Shown: positions 1-9,147 of the stretch, piece after piece
Layout of the letters: every line of letters starts with the position of its first letter
How positions within the stretch are numbered: position 1 is the first letter of the stretch
DNA from: Dehalococcoidia bacterium
Lineage (GTDB): Bacteria; Chloroflexota; Dehalococcoidia; DSTF01; RBG-16-68-14
DNA: 61,872 nt
Direction of reading: 5' to 3'
Assembly: GCA_040882355.1 (NCBI GenBank)
Contig: JBBEBM010000072.1
Span: 1-61,872 of the forward strand
Notes under the pieces: generated by a model
What the model was told of the DNA's origin: nothing
The model's database searches: none
The model's input: only the letters and a program-made list of their open reading frames with translations
Translations under genes and position numbers: made by a program

Positions 1-253
1 GTCGCCATGGCAGCATCTGCACCAAGGCAGGTCTGCCGCCGCAGACGTGGCCGGCACAGCCGCCACGGAATGAGAAGCAGACCAACCCGTAATCGTCTTC
101 GTTTCCCGGCGGCGACAATGACCTACCTCCTCATTCACGTCGCCGTCGACAATCCGCGGCCGGACCCGGAGTAGGCGTCACCCTCTCGCCGCCACCTAAT
201 GTCCTGAATCGACAGGCGGTACCAGCGACAGGCGACCAGCAACCAGCCCCCGA

Positions 254-663
254 GCCACCGCCCCCTTCGCGTTATCCCGCCCCGGCCTTACCCTAACCAC
301 TACAACCCCGCGCGGGCACCTGTCCTGAGCTTGACGAAGGATGCCCCGTCCAGGGCCCTGCCCGCCAGACTTGCCCTCGAGCGCAGCGAAGGGCTCGAAT
401 CGAGAGGAGATCTGCCGTGACCGGCCACGAAAACACGTTTTTGCCGAGCCAACTGCCATCTTCCGGCAAGCCTGCCACCACCCGCGTGCCTGGCGTCTTG
501 CCCGCCGCGCGGTGCAGGCCGCGGGGATCAATCAAACGCCCCGTTCAGCTTCAGAGCCGGTCCGGAGCGAAGTCGAAGGGCCGGGGCACGCGGCGGCGGG
601 TAGCTTCGGCGGCCGTCCCTTGAGAAAGGCGGTTTTGCAAAACGGCCTGGTCAATCAAACGTC
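254..663 (+). repeat. ~400-bp dispersed element, copy A (inverted diverged copy at 55510-55867)
   Basis: Colinear blocks shared with the reverse complement of 55510-55867: GCCACCGCCCCC, TACCCTAACC, TGCCCTCGAGCG.AGCGAAGGG, GGGATCAATCAAAC, CGTTCAG, TTTTGC.AAACGG.CTGGTCAAT.AAACGTC. Confidence 0.8.
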
Positions 664-707
664 GCATCAGCATCGCCTGTGCGGAGTCACGCGGGAGAAA
701 GCCAGTC

Positions 708-737
708 ATCTGTGCCAATCTGTGTCAATCTGTGGCT
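708..737. repeat. 10-nt period ATCTGTG repeat x3 (same family as 59427-59502)
   Basis: ATCTGTGCCA ATCTGTGTCA ATCTGTGGCT read directly. Confidence 0.75.
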
Positions 738-772
738 AGAGTCGAGCGTTGGGGAGGAGGCTCCAGCCTCCA

Positions 773-799
773 GCGCCTGCCCTCGAGCGAAGCGAAGGG
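773..799. repeat. REP-like palindromic unit GCGCCTGCCCTCGAGCGAAGCGAAGGG
   Basis: Identical 27-mer at 61726-61752; core reverse-complemented at 55729-55750; variants at 321-341, 371-393, 561-581. Confidence 0.85.
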
Positions 800-882
800 T
801 CCAGCCTCCAACTCTCACGCGACGCCCTGGCTGCGGCTCCCTCACCCTGGTATCCTGGCCCGATCAGGGAAAGGAGCACTGA

Positions 883-2178
883 ATGCGGCTGGGCAACCCC
901 CTCTACACCATCTACAACCGGGTCCTGGAGCAGAACCTCCGGCGCGGCCCGCTCCCTCGCCACGTCGGCGTCATCCTGGACGGCAACCGACGTTTCGCCC
1001 GCAAGATGGGCTACGACGACGTCTCGGAGGGCCATCGCGCCGGCTTCCGCAAGATCGACGAGCTGCTCGAGTGGTGCCTGGAGATGGAGATCCCCGTCGT
1101 CACGCTCTGGCTCCTCTCCGACAACAACTTCCGCCGCACGCAGGCCGAAGTCTCCAACCTCCTCTCGATCATCGAGGCGAAGATCGTCCAGCTCACCTAC
1201 GCGCCCAGCACCTACACCCGCAAGTACCGCATCCGCGTGCTCGGCCGGCTCGACCACCTGCCCGCTTCAACCCGCGTCGCCATTCGCGAGGCCGAGGAGC
1301 GCACCCGCGACCACGACGGCCCGATGGTGAACCTCGCGGTCGATTACGGCGGCCGTGAGGAGATCGTCGACGCCATCCACCGGCTGATCCAGCATCGCAC
1401 CCGCGAGGGCGACGCGCTGCCGGCGATCGTCTCGGCCCTCACCGCCGACAACATCGGCAGCCACCTCTACACCGCCGACCTGCCCGACCCCGACCTGATC
1501 ATTCGCACCAGCGGCGAAGTGCGGCTCAGCGGCTTCTTGCTCTGGCAGAGCGCCCACAGCGAGTTCTACTTCTGCGACGCGAACTGGCCTGAGTTCCGCA
1601 AGGTCGACTTCCTGCGCGCGCTGCGCAGCTACCAGCAGCGCCAGCGTCGCTTCGGCGCCGACGGGCCGGACCCGCTCGCGGACGCTGCGTCGTTCGAAGG
1701 TCAGGAGACGGAGATGAGCGAGTGGGTGGGCGGCCTCCGCCTCCACTCCGCCACGCTGCGATTGCAGTCGACGACCTCGCCTGAGTTCATCGACATCACC
1801 GACCGCGTCGACACCGTCGTGCGCAACTCCGGCATCTGGACCGGGGAGGTGCACCTGTACACGCCGCACACCAGCGCCGGCCTCACGATCAACGAGAACG
1901 AGCCGCTTCTGATGGAAGACATGTCGCGCTTCCTCGAAAGGCTCGCCCCGGCCGGCGGTGACTACGGCCACAACGACTTCACCGTACGCACCGTCAACAT
2001 GAACGAAGACGAGAGCAAGGACGGGCACTCGCACTGCCAGCGGCTCGTCTTCAACACCTCGGAGTGCGTGCCGGTGCGCGAGGGCCGCGCCCAGCTCGGC
2101 CGCTGGCAGCGCGTCTTCCTCGTCGAGCTCGACAGCGCCCGCCCGCGCGAGGTGCTGGTGCAGGTCCTCGGCGAGTAA
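883..2178 (+). CDS. uppS: cis-prenyltransferase (UppS family) fused to a C-terminal YjbQ/UPF0047 domain
   Basis: HVGVILDGNRRFA, RTSGEVRLSGFLLWQ, RRFG; then FIDITD, PHTSAGLTINENE, DGHSH, LGRWQRVFLVELD; SD AAGGAG upstream. Confidence 0.9.
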   Translation: MRLGNPLYTIYNRVLEQNLRRGPLPRHVGVILDGNRRFARKMGYDDVSEGHRAGFRKIDELLEWCLEMEIPVVTLWLLSDNNFRRTQAEVSNLLSIIEAKIVQLTYAPSTYTRKYRIRVLGRLDHLPASTRVAIREAEERTRDHDGPMVNLAVDYGGREEIVDAIHRLIQHRTREGDALPAIVSALTADNIGSHLYTADLPDPDLIIRTSGEVRLSGFLLWQSAHSEFYFCDANWPEFRKVDFLRALRSYQQRQRRFGADGPDPLADAASFEGQETEMSEWVGGLRLHSATLRLQSTTSPEFIDITDRVDTVVRNSGIWTGEVHLYTPHTSAGLTINENEPLLMEDMSRFLERLAPAGGDYGHNDFTVRTVNMNEDESKDGHSHCQRLVFNTSECVPVREGRAQLGRWQRVFLVELDSARPREVLVQVLGE

Positions 2179-2183
2179 CCCGT

Positions 2184-3731
2184 CTAGCGGTCCGTCGAAG
2201 CGGCGCCGCCGCCCAGCGACGGGTTCTCTCGTGTGAGCGCCAGCTTCGTCGCCCCAAAGTAGGCCGGCCGGTAGCCGTAGACGTGGTACGTGCTAGTGGC
2301 AGCATCGCCGGTGAAGTAGATCGCCTTGCCGCTCTCCTTCAGCTCCTGGAAGGCGTCGTACTCCAGCAGCCAGAAGTACTGCACGTTGGCCGCGCGATCG
2401 GTCGCAACGCCCTTATCGGAGAGCTGGCTGATCGCCTCGATATCCTTCTCGAAGATCCCGATGTCGAGGTCGTCCTTGTGGCGCATCACCAGTTGCGGGT
2501 AGATGAACCCCGTGATCACGACGGCGGGCTGGCTGGGGTCGCGCCCCTTGTGCAGCGCCCAGATCTCGTCCGCGAAGGCCCGCTGGTTGTGCAGCGTGTC
2601 GACGTCCGAGAGCACCATGCCCCGCCCGATCCCCGCGCTGGTGAACGTCTTCGAGCCGACCTCGCCCTCGTCTTCGGGTGAGGTGATGTCGACGAAGCCG
2701 CTGAGCACGACTACGGCCAGCAGCGCCACCAGCACGGGCCGGCTCAGGTAGCGCGCCAGCAGGAAGTACGCGAAGGGGAAGATCGGTATCAGATACGCAA
2801 TCTCGTGCGGCAGCCGCGAGTACGTGGCAACGTAGATCACCGGCACCGCCACCCAGACAAGGACGTTCGCGTCACGCGCGAGGTCCTTCGGGAAGGCGCG
2901 CAGCCGGGGCAGCGAGACCACCACCGCAACGAGCACCGCGATCACGCCCACGATCCCGAGCGCGTCCTTCCCGAGCGCGCGGAAGAACTCGGCGACTGGC
3001 ACGGGCTGGTCGTAGAAGTTGAGGAAGTTGAGCCCATAGTCCATGAGCACCGGCACGAAGGCGAGCAGCGTCAGCGCCACGCTGGTCAGCGCGACAGGAC
3101 GGATCTCGTGCCGCCGGTCGGTGCGCCAGAGCAACAGCGCGAACGGGACCAGCATCGCGAGGGACGTGAGGCGGAAGCCGCCGGCCAGGCCGAGCAGTAT
3201 CCCGGCCAGCACCGGCGATCGGTTGAGCAGCGCCAGATACGCGCCCAGAATCAAGGTCAGCGCCCACATGTAGTCCATCGTCATCACGCTGTTGATCCAG
3301 AGCAGCGGCGTAAAGGCGAAGCCAAGCGTGAGCGCGCCGCGGTTCGGCAGGTCCAGCTTCTTCGCCAGCGCAGCGAACAGGTAGACGCCCGCGAGCGAGA
3401 TGAGCACCGTGCTCAGGTTCGTCGCCACCCAGCCGCCCTTGTAGAGCGCCGTCGTGACGAACTCGTGCAGCGGATACCCGGGGAGCCGCGACGGCAGGTA
3501 CTCGCCGTTCTCCCAGATGTAGTGCGCGGTCAGCCCGACCCGCCAGGCGTCCGGGTCGGTACCGTAACCCAGGTTGAGGAAGGGCGCTCGCGACGCGATG
3601 TAGGCGATGGCCATCGCGACGAACGCGATCGGCTGCGTGAAGTCGAGTTCGATCGCGGCGTTCAGCGCTCGGCCAAGACGGCTGGGCGTGCGGTTGGCCG
3701 GCGGAGCGAGCGCCTCCGTAGTGACTTCCAT
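2184..3731 (-). CDS. multi-pass membrane protein, probable GT-C (polyprenol-P-sugar dependent) glycosyltransferase
   Basis: About 10 hydrophobic segments; acidic loop after TM1 (GTDPDAW..SRLPGYPL), GGFR motif; start reset to MEVTT 2 nt after the upstream stop. Confidence 0.6.
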   Translation of the reverse strand: MEVTTEALAPPANRTPSRLGRALNAAIELDFTQPIAFVAMAIAYIASRAPFLNLGYGTDPDAWRVGLTAHYIWENGEYLPSRLPGYPLHEFVTTALYKGGWVATNLSTVLISLAGVYLFAALAKKLDLPNRGALTLGFAFTPLLWINSVMTMDYMWALTLILGAYLALLNRSPVLAGILLGLAGGFRLTSLAMLVPFALLLWRTDRRHEIRPVALTSVALTLLAFVPVLMDYGLNFLNFYDQPVPVAEFFRALGKDALGIVGVIAVLVAVVVSLPRLRAFPKDLARDANVLVWVAVPVIYVATYSRLPHEIAYLIPIFPFAYFLLARYLSRPVLVALLAVVVLSGFVDITSPEDEGEVGSKTFTSAGIGRGMVLSDVDTLHNQRAFADEIWALHKGRDPSQPAVVITGFIYPQLVMRHKDDLDIGIFEKDIEAISQLSDKGVATDRAANVQYFWLLEYDAFQELKESGKAIYFTGDAATSTYHVYGYRPAYFGATKLALTRENPSLGGGAASTDR

Positions 3732-3733
3732 AC

Positions 3734-4498
3734 TCAGCGAGGCAGGACCAGTCCGCTCGCCGGCGAAGGTCCCGCGGCCGCGCCCATCGACGAGCTCGCA
3801 CCACCGGTCGCCGTCGCGCTGCCAAGCACGCCGCCCTCGGCGACCTTCAGCGCCTGCTCGGCGAGCCCCGCTTCGTCGACCGCGCCCGCAATCGCCGCGC
3901 GATCCCCGAACACAATGAACGGCACCGCGCGCACGCCCAGCCGCTCGGCGAGGCGCGGAAACTCCCCGATCTCGACGGCCGACGCCTCGATGTGCGAGCT
4001 CGCCAGCGCGAGCCTGTAGGCCGCGCGCACGACGGCCGGGCAGTGCGGGCACGTGGGCGTGACGTAAACAGCGATCGAGACCTTGTCCTTCAGCCTCTTC
4101 AGGTGCTTCGTCGCCTCCGCATCGACCGTCACCTTCGCCTTCGAAGCCTCGAGCAGCGACTCGACGAAGTTCGGGAACTCGTTGCCGCCAGGGATGCCGA
4201 AGAAGCGCAGCGGCCGGTTCAACGGCCCGCGCACGACGATGCCCGGCACCTTGTCGACGCCCAGCTTCAGCGCCACCTCGCGTTCATCGGCCAGCTCGTG
4301 CACGGTGAGCGTGAGCTTCTCGCTCAGCGCGGCCAGTTCCTCCAGCATCTGGCGCGTGTCTTCGCAGTGGGCGCACTCCTCGCGGCCGGGCACGTAGAGC
4401 GATGAGGCGCGCTGGGTGAAGTAGTCGATCTTCACCTTGCTCTCGAGCTCGCGCTCGAAGCGCTGCCTGATGTAGTCCTGCTCTCGCAGCGGGATCAC
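3734..4498 (-). CDS. protein disulfide oxidoreductase (two thioredoxin folds; AhpF-NTD/PDO type)
   Basis: CAHC and TPTCPHC motifs, GIPGGNEF, VRAVP; GTG start overlaps upstream stop (GTGA). Confidence 0.85.
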   Translation of the reverse strand: MIPLREQDYIRQRFERELESKVKIDYFTQRASSLYVPGREECAHCEDTRQMLEELAALSEKLTLTVHELADEREVALKLGVDKVPGIVVRGPLNRPLRFFGIPGGNEFPNFVESLLEASKAKVTVDAEATKHLKRLKDKVSIAVYVTPTCPHCPAVVRAAYRLALASSHIEASAVEIGEFPRLAERLGVRAVPFIVFGDRAAIAGAVDEAGLAEQALKVAEGGVLGSATATGGASSSMGAAAGPSPASGLVLPR

Positions 4499-5127
4499 GA
4501 TGGCTTCTCCTCGGGGACCGCACCGTCGGGCGTCGCCGTCTGGAAGTGCCTCCACGCGGAGTAGACGCGCTGGAGAGCCGTCGCGCTCGCCATCACGGCG
4601 AGGATCCAGAGGGCGATCCGTACCTGGCCTATGATAAGACCCCCGCCCATTAGGAGCACCCTCTCGGCTCGCGTGAACAACCCCTCCCGCAGATCGAAGC
4701 CCTCCACCTGCGCCTTCGCGCGCACGTAGCTGACCATGATCGACCCGGCCAGCGCCACGAAGCAGAGGATCACCTCCTCCTGCTGGTTGCGCTCGCCGTA
4801 GTAGAAGACCAGCCCACCCAGCACCGCCGCCTCCGAAAGCCGGTCGAGCACCGAGTCGAAGATCGCGCCGAACGGGCTCGCCTGGCCGGTCGAGCGCGCC
4901 AGCGCGCCGTCGAGCAGGTCGAGCGCGCTGAAGACGAGGACGAGCGCGCCCGCCGCAAGGAACTCGCCTCGCGCCGCGAGGACGCCGGCGCCGACGTTGC
5001 CCAGGAACCCCAGCAGCGTCAAGTGGTTCGGCGAAACGCCGGCGCGCGCCAGCACCGAGACGATCGGCTCCGTGATGCGACGCGGCACCGAGTGCGGCAG
5101 CAGCGTGAACGACTTCGGTCGCGACAT
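4495..5127 (-). CDS. pgsA: CDP-alcohol phosphatidyltransferase, probable phosphatidylinositol(-phosphate) synthase
   Basis: SPNHLT, DLLDGALAR..G...D...DR signature, VSYVRAKA, RAER; ino1 in the same cluster. Confidence 0.85.
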   Translation of the reverse strand: MSRPKSFTLLPHSVPRRITEPIVSVLARAGVSPNHLTLLGFLGNVGAGVLAARGEFLAAGALVLVFSALDLLDGALARSTGQASPFGAIFDSVLDRLSEAAVLGGLVFYYGERNQQEEVILCFVALAGSIMVSYVRAKAQVEGFDLREGLFTRAERVLLMGGGLIIGQVRIALWILAVMASATALQRVYSAWRHFQTATPDGAVPEEKPS

Positions 5128-5133
5128 CCCGCG

Positions 5134-6279
5134 TTATGCCGAGCGCGCCTCGCCGCTCGGCCCGGCTAGCCGCTTCTCGTGCAGCAGCCGCTCGTAGTAG
5201 GAGAGCACCTGCTGCGAGACGCGCTCCCAGCTAAACTCCTGCGCGCGCAGGCTGGCCTTCTCGCTCATACGCTGACGCAGCTCCGCGTCGCCCAGCAGCT
5301 GGATCAAGGCCCGCGCCAGCCCCGCCTCGTCCGCGGGCAGCGAGAGCAGCCCTTCGACCCCGTGCGTGAGCACGCCCGCGTAGCCCTCGATGTTGCTCGC
5401 GACGATGGGCAGCCCTGCCGACATCGCCTCGAGCAACACGTAGCCCTGGCTCTCGAAGCCGGTCGCGGGCGCGCAGAAGACGTGCGCCGAGTGATGGAAG
5501 CGCGGCAGCTCGTCGAACGGGACGTAGCTGTGGAACACCACGTCGGTGAGGCGCCTTGAGCGCGCCTGCCGCTCGAAACGTCCGAAGCGCCCCGCGCCGA
5601 CGACGATCAGGCGCGCATCGGGCCGTTCCTTCTTCACCTGGACGAAGGCGTTGATCAGGTGCTCCAGCCCCTTGCGCTTCTCCGGTCGCCCGACGAAGAG
5701 GATGTTCAGCTTGCCGTCCTGGAACTGTGGCAGCGGCGCCACAGGCGCGGAGAAGTGCTCGACGTCGACACCGTTCGGGATGATGTTGTAGTAGCCGGGG
5801 AAGTACTCCTCGACGAAGTTGGCCGCCGCGGAGGAGACGGCGATCTTGCCATCGAGCCGCCGGAACCATCGTCGCAAATGGCGCTTGCCCCAGATGTAGA
5901 AGAACTGCGGCCTGTCGCGGCTGGCGTGGAACGTGCCGACGTTCACGGCTTCCGAGTAGCGCAGGAAGTGGATCGGCAGCACCGGCATGAACGGCTCGTG
6001 GACGTGGACAATGTCGAAGCGCTCGCGCGCCAGCAGCTCCCGCACCGCTGGCGCCAGCGTCAGCGAGAGCGAGATCCGCGCCACGGAGCCGCTTGCTGGC
6101 AGGCTCACCGGGCGTTTGCCGATGCGCACGACGTGCGGTTCCGTCACGTCGCGCGAGCACGGCGCGGCGATCAGCACCTCGTGCCCCCTGGCAACGAACT
6201 CCTCGCGCAGTTGGGTGCAGTGGCTGTTCACGCCACCGGCCACCGCCCAGTCATACGGCGAGACGAGCGCGATCTTCAA
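5134..6279 (-). CDS. pimA: GT4 glycosyltransferase, PimA-like phosphatidyl-myo-inositol alpha-mannosyltransferase
   Basis: VSPYDW..GGV, HVHEP, GTFH, IPNGVD, RKG, ES.G.VLLEAM; TTG start overlaps PHP gene stop. Confidence 0.8.
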   Translation of the reverse strand: MKIALVSPYDWAVAGGVNSHCTQLREEFVARGHEVLIAAPCSRDVTEPHVVRIGKRPVSLPASGSVARISLSLTLAPAVRELLARERFDIVHVHEPFMPVLPIHFLRYSEAVNVGTFHASRDRPQFFYIWGKRHLRRWFRRLDGKIAVSSAAANFVEEYFPGYYNIIPNGVDVEHFSAPVAPLPQFQDGKLNILFVGRPEKRKGLEHLINAFVQVKKERPDARLIVVGAGRFGRFERQARSRRLTDVVFHSYVPFDELPRFHHSAHVFCAPATGFESQGYVLLEAMSAGLPIVASNIEGYAGVLTHGVEGLLSLPADEAGLARALIQLLGDAELRQRMSEKASLRAQEFSWERVSQQVLSYYERLLHEKRLAGPSGEARSA

Positions 6280-7052
6280 GGCCGCGCCCGCCTGGAGAGC
6301 CACGCCCCCGGGATCTTCAGGAAGCTCAGGATCGTGGGGCCCCAGCCCATCTTGCGCGGCGTCGCCAGCATGCCCCGCCACTGCTGTCGCGCCACCTGAC
6401 CTACGCCCAGCTCCCGCCAGGTCGGGTAGGCGCCGTTAGCGGCCGCTGTCGAGCCCGCCAGGATCGCCCGCCGCAGCTCGTCCGCCGTGCTGCCGTCAAA
6501 CGTCGTGTAGCACGCGCCGACGGCCTTGAGAAAGTGGGCGTCGCTGCCGCCCACCTCGGTCAGGTGGTAGCGCTCGCGGTTCAGCCGGCGCGCCTTCTCA
6601 GCGCTCACACGCGCCGCGGGGCTGCCGCTTGTCGTGTCGATGGCGTCGAAGTAGACGCCGTCGCTGCCCTCGCGCAGGATGTGCTCGATCGTGCGCTGCC
6701 CTATGCTGCGGGTGAGCCAGCTCATGGGGTGGGGGATGACGCAGAGGCCGCCCTGCCGGTGGATCGCCTCCACCGTCGGCGCGAGCGGCTTCAGCGCAGG
6801 CACAGGTTCTTCGATGTACAGGGCAAGCAGATGGCCTTCGAGCGTGGTCACTTCTTCGCCTACAACCACCTCGAACCGGTAGCGGCCACGCGCCAGCGCC
6901 TCACGCGCCTGGAAGGCCGCGCGCAGGTCGTCGTGTTCCGTCACGGCGATGACCGCGAGGTCCGTGCGCTCCTCCACATAGGCGAGCAGCTCCGGAATCT
7001 CGGCCATGCCGTCGCCCAGGGCGGTGTGGACGTGTAGGTCAGCTTTGCCCAC
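6276..7052 (-). CDS. PHP-domain phosphoesterase
   Basis: DLHVHT..GDG, VTEHD, GEEVTT..GH, PHP, GGSDAH. Confidence 0.88.
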   Translation of the reverse strand: MGKADLHVHTALGDGMAEIPELLAYVEERTDLAVIAVTEHDDLRAAFQAREALARGRYRFEVVVGEEVTTLEGHLLALYIEEPVPALKPLAPTVEAIHRQGGLCVIPHPMSWLTRSIGQRTIEHILREGSDGVYFDAIDTTSGSPAARVSAEKARRLNRERYHLTEVGGSDAHFLKAVGACYTTFDGSTADELRRAILAGSTAAANGAYPTWRELGVGQVARQQWRGMLATPRKMGWGPTILSFLKIPGAWLSRRARP

Positions 7053-7064
7053 GTGGCTTCGGGG

Positions 7065-7964
7065 CTATTGTACCGCACCTGAGGGAGCGACCGGTTCGGG
7101 CTCCTTCCAGATCGGCTCCAGCACCGCCCACTGGCCCGGATCGGCCCGCAGGCGCGCTTCGAACATGACCAGGAGGCGCCTGGCGTTCGCGCGCACGTCT
7201 TCGTCAAACGTGCCCGTCCGCACCACCTCCATCGGCGGTCCGATCACCGCGCGGAAGCGATACCCCTCGATGCGCCAGGACCATGCCGGGAGGAGGTCGG
7301 CGCCAGTGCGCAGCGCCAGGTCGACGGCGCCCAGCGGAATGCGCGTCTCCGCGCCGCAGAACTGCATCGGCACGCCCGTGCCGCCGACGTCGCGATCGAG
7401 CAGGATCGCGACGATGCCGCCGCTCTTCAGGCGGCGCATCGCCTCCTTCACGGCGCCGAAGCTCACGGTGCGGTTCACGTGACCGTGCCGCGAGCGCAAC
7501 CAGTGAGTGAAGTCCGACAGCGCCTTTGGCTGGAGCGGCTCCGTGAGCGCGTAGACCGAGATGCCGACCGCCGCCAGCCCTTGCACCGTGATCTCCGGGC
7601 TGCCGAAGTGCGCGCTCACCACCACCGCGCCCCGCCCCGACGACTGCGCCTCGCGCAGGTACTCCAGTCCCTCCAGCTCCAGCTCTTCGTCGTAGAAGCG
7701 TTGCACGTTCACGTGCGGGACGTGGATCAGATCGGCGTAGTAACGAGTGGCGTTGCGGAAGACCTCACGCGCGGCCCGCCTCACCTCGCGATCGGACGCC
7801 TCCGGCCCCATCACTTGGCGCATGTTCGCGATCACGCCATCTCGAGTGCCGCGCCGGGAGAAGTAGGCGCCGTCGCCCACGAAGTGCGCGATGCCGTAGA
7901 GGACGCGGAGCGGCAGCCAGCCGAGCAGCACGTAGGCGAGACGGAGCACGTAGTACTTCCACAT
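7065..7964 (-). CDS. LpxL/PatA-family lysophospholipid acyltransferase
   Basis: SAHFGSPE, LLDRD, F.G...IP.GAV.LALRTGA, PGQW; start reset to MWKYY. Confidence 0.85.
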   Translation of the reverse strand: MWKYYVLRLAYVLLGWLPLRVLYGIAHFVGDGAYFSRRGTRDGVIANMRQVMGPEASDREVRRAAREVFRNATRYYADLIHVPHVNVQRFYDEELELEGLEYLREAQSSGRGAVVVSAHFGSPEITVQGLAAVGISVYALTEPLQPKALSDFTHWLRSRHGHVNRTVSFGAVKEAMRRLKSGGIVAILLDRDVGGTGVPMQFCGAETRIPLGAVDLALRTGADLLPAWSWRIEGYRFRAVIGPPMEVVRTGTFDEDVRANARRLLVMFEARLRADPGQWAVLEPIWKEPEPVAPSGAVQ

Positions 7965-7972
7965 GACTCGTC

Positions 7973-9136
7973 TTAGCCGAAGAGGCGCTTGGTCGCCAGG
8001 TCCGCGCCGGCTCTGAGCGCGCGCAGCTTCTCCCACACGACCTCTTCGGCGACCTGGCCGAGGCCGGCCGCCGTATCGAAGCCGCAGTCCGTGCCAGCCA
8101 GCACCCGCGTTGGGTCTCCGACAGCCTGCGCCACGCGCTCGATCCGGTCCGCGACGACCTCGGGGTGTCCGACGAAGTTGGTGAGGGTATCGATCACGCC
8201 CGCGACGAGGAGCATGCCGTCGGGCAGCGGAGCGCGTTCGAGGCAGCGCCATTCATGGGCGTGGCGCGGGTTGGCGAACGGGATCACCAGCGCGCCGACG
8301 TTCGCGTGGTAGAGCAGCGAGAGCACGTCATCCAGCGGGACGTCCAGATGGTGCGGACCTTCGTAGTTGCCCCAACAGACGTGCAACCGCACCTGCTCGC
8401 GAGGGATCCCCGCGATCGCCCGGTTCAACGCCTCCACGTTCGTCTCCACGAAGCTGCGGAACTCCGCGAGCGACCGGTCGGCGAACGAGATGTGGCGCTC
8501 CATCGCCAGATCGGGACAGTCGAGCTGCAGCACCAACCCCTGCGAGGCGATGTACTCGTACTCAGGCCGTAGCGCCTCGGCGACAGCGAAGACGTAGTCG
8601 TCGTACGTTGCGTAGTGCTCGTTCAGCATGCCCGCGGCGACGATACCGGGCGAGGCCGCGGTCATGAACGACTCGACGAAGCCCACCTCCTGCTCGCCCA
8701 GGACTCGCGCGTAGCGGGCGCACTCCTGCTCGATCGGCCCAAGGCCCGTGTGCCGCACTTCGCCCACGGCCTTCGGGGCCCGCAGGACGCTCACCATGGT
8801 GCGTGAGAACTCCGGCAGCTTGAGCCGCACGAAGCTCTGGAACGTCACGATGTCGCGGGGCATGGCGCGGTCACTCTCTCCGTCATAGCCGCTTAGCCTG
8901 TGCTGGACGTACGTGAAGAAGCTCTCGCGCCCCTGTTCGCCGTCGTTGCCGATGTCGATGCCCGCTTCGAGCTGGCGAAGGACGGCGCGCCGGCTGCCCT
9001 CGACAACTTCTCGCTCCAGGGTCGCCTCGTCGACCGGCTCGCGCTTGCTCAGCGCCACCATCATCTCCACGAGCGCCGGCGCGCGCGGCAGGCTGCCCGT
9101 GTGCGTGGTGAGGATCCGGCTCGCACTTCGCTCCAT
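7973..9136 (-). CDS. cobalamin-independent methionine synthase II family (MetE C-terminal-like) enzyme
   Basis: TTHTGSLPR, NDGE, LQLDCPD, HVCWGN, GTDCGF. Confidence 0.85.
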   Translation of the reverse strand: MERSASRILTTHTGSLPRAPALVEMMVALSKREPVDEATLEREVVEGSRRAVLRQLEAGIDIGNDGEQGRESFFTYVQHRLSGYDGESDRAMPRDIVTFQSFVRLKLPEFSRTMVSVLRAPKAVGEVRHTGLGPIEQECARYARVLGEQEVGFVESFMTAASPGIVAAGMLNEHYATYDDYVFAVAEALRPEYEYIASQGLVLQLDCPDLAMERHISFADRSLAEFRSFVETNVEALNRAIAGIPREQVRLHVCWGNYEGPHHLDVPLDDVLSLLYHANVGALVIPFANPRHAHEWRCLERAPLPDGMLLVAGVIDTLTNFVGHPEVVADRIERVAQAVGDPTRVLAGTDCGFDTAAGLGQVAEEVVWEKLRALRAGADLATKRLFG

Positions 9137-9147
9137 CGCGCGCGGTG

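Noticed and set aside
1..250. Possible gene end at the window start
   Set aside because: Three plus-strand frames are partly open, with no recognisable motif or clear codon bias
708..737. CRISPR array
   Set aside because: 10-nt tandem period with no spacers and no cas genes
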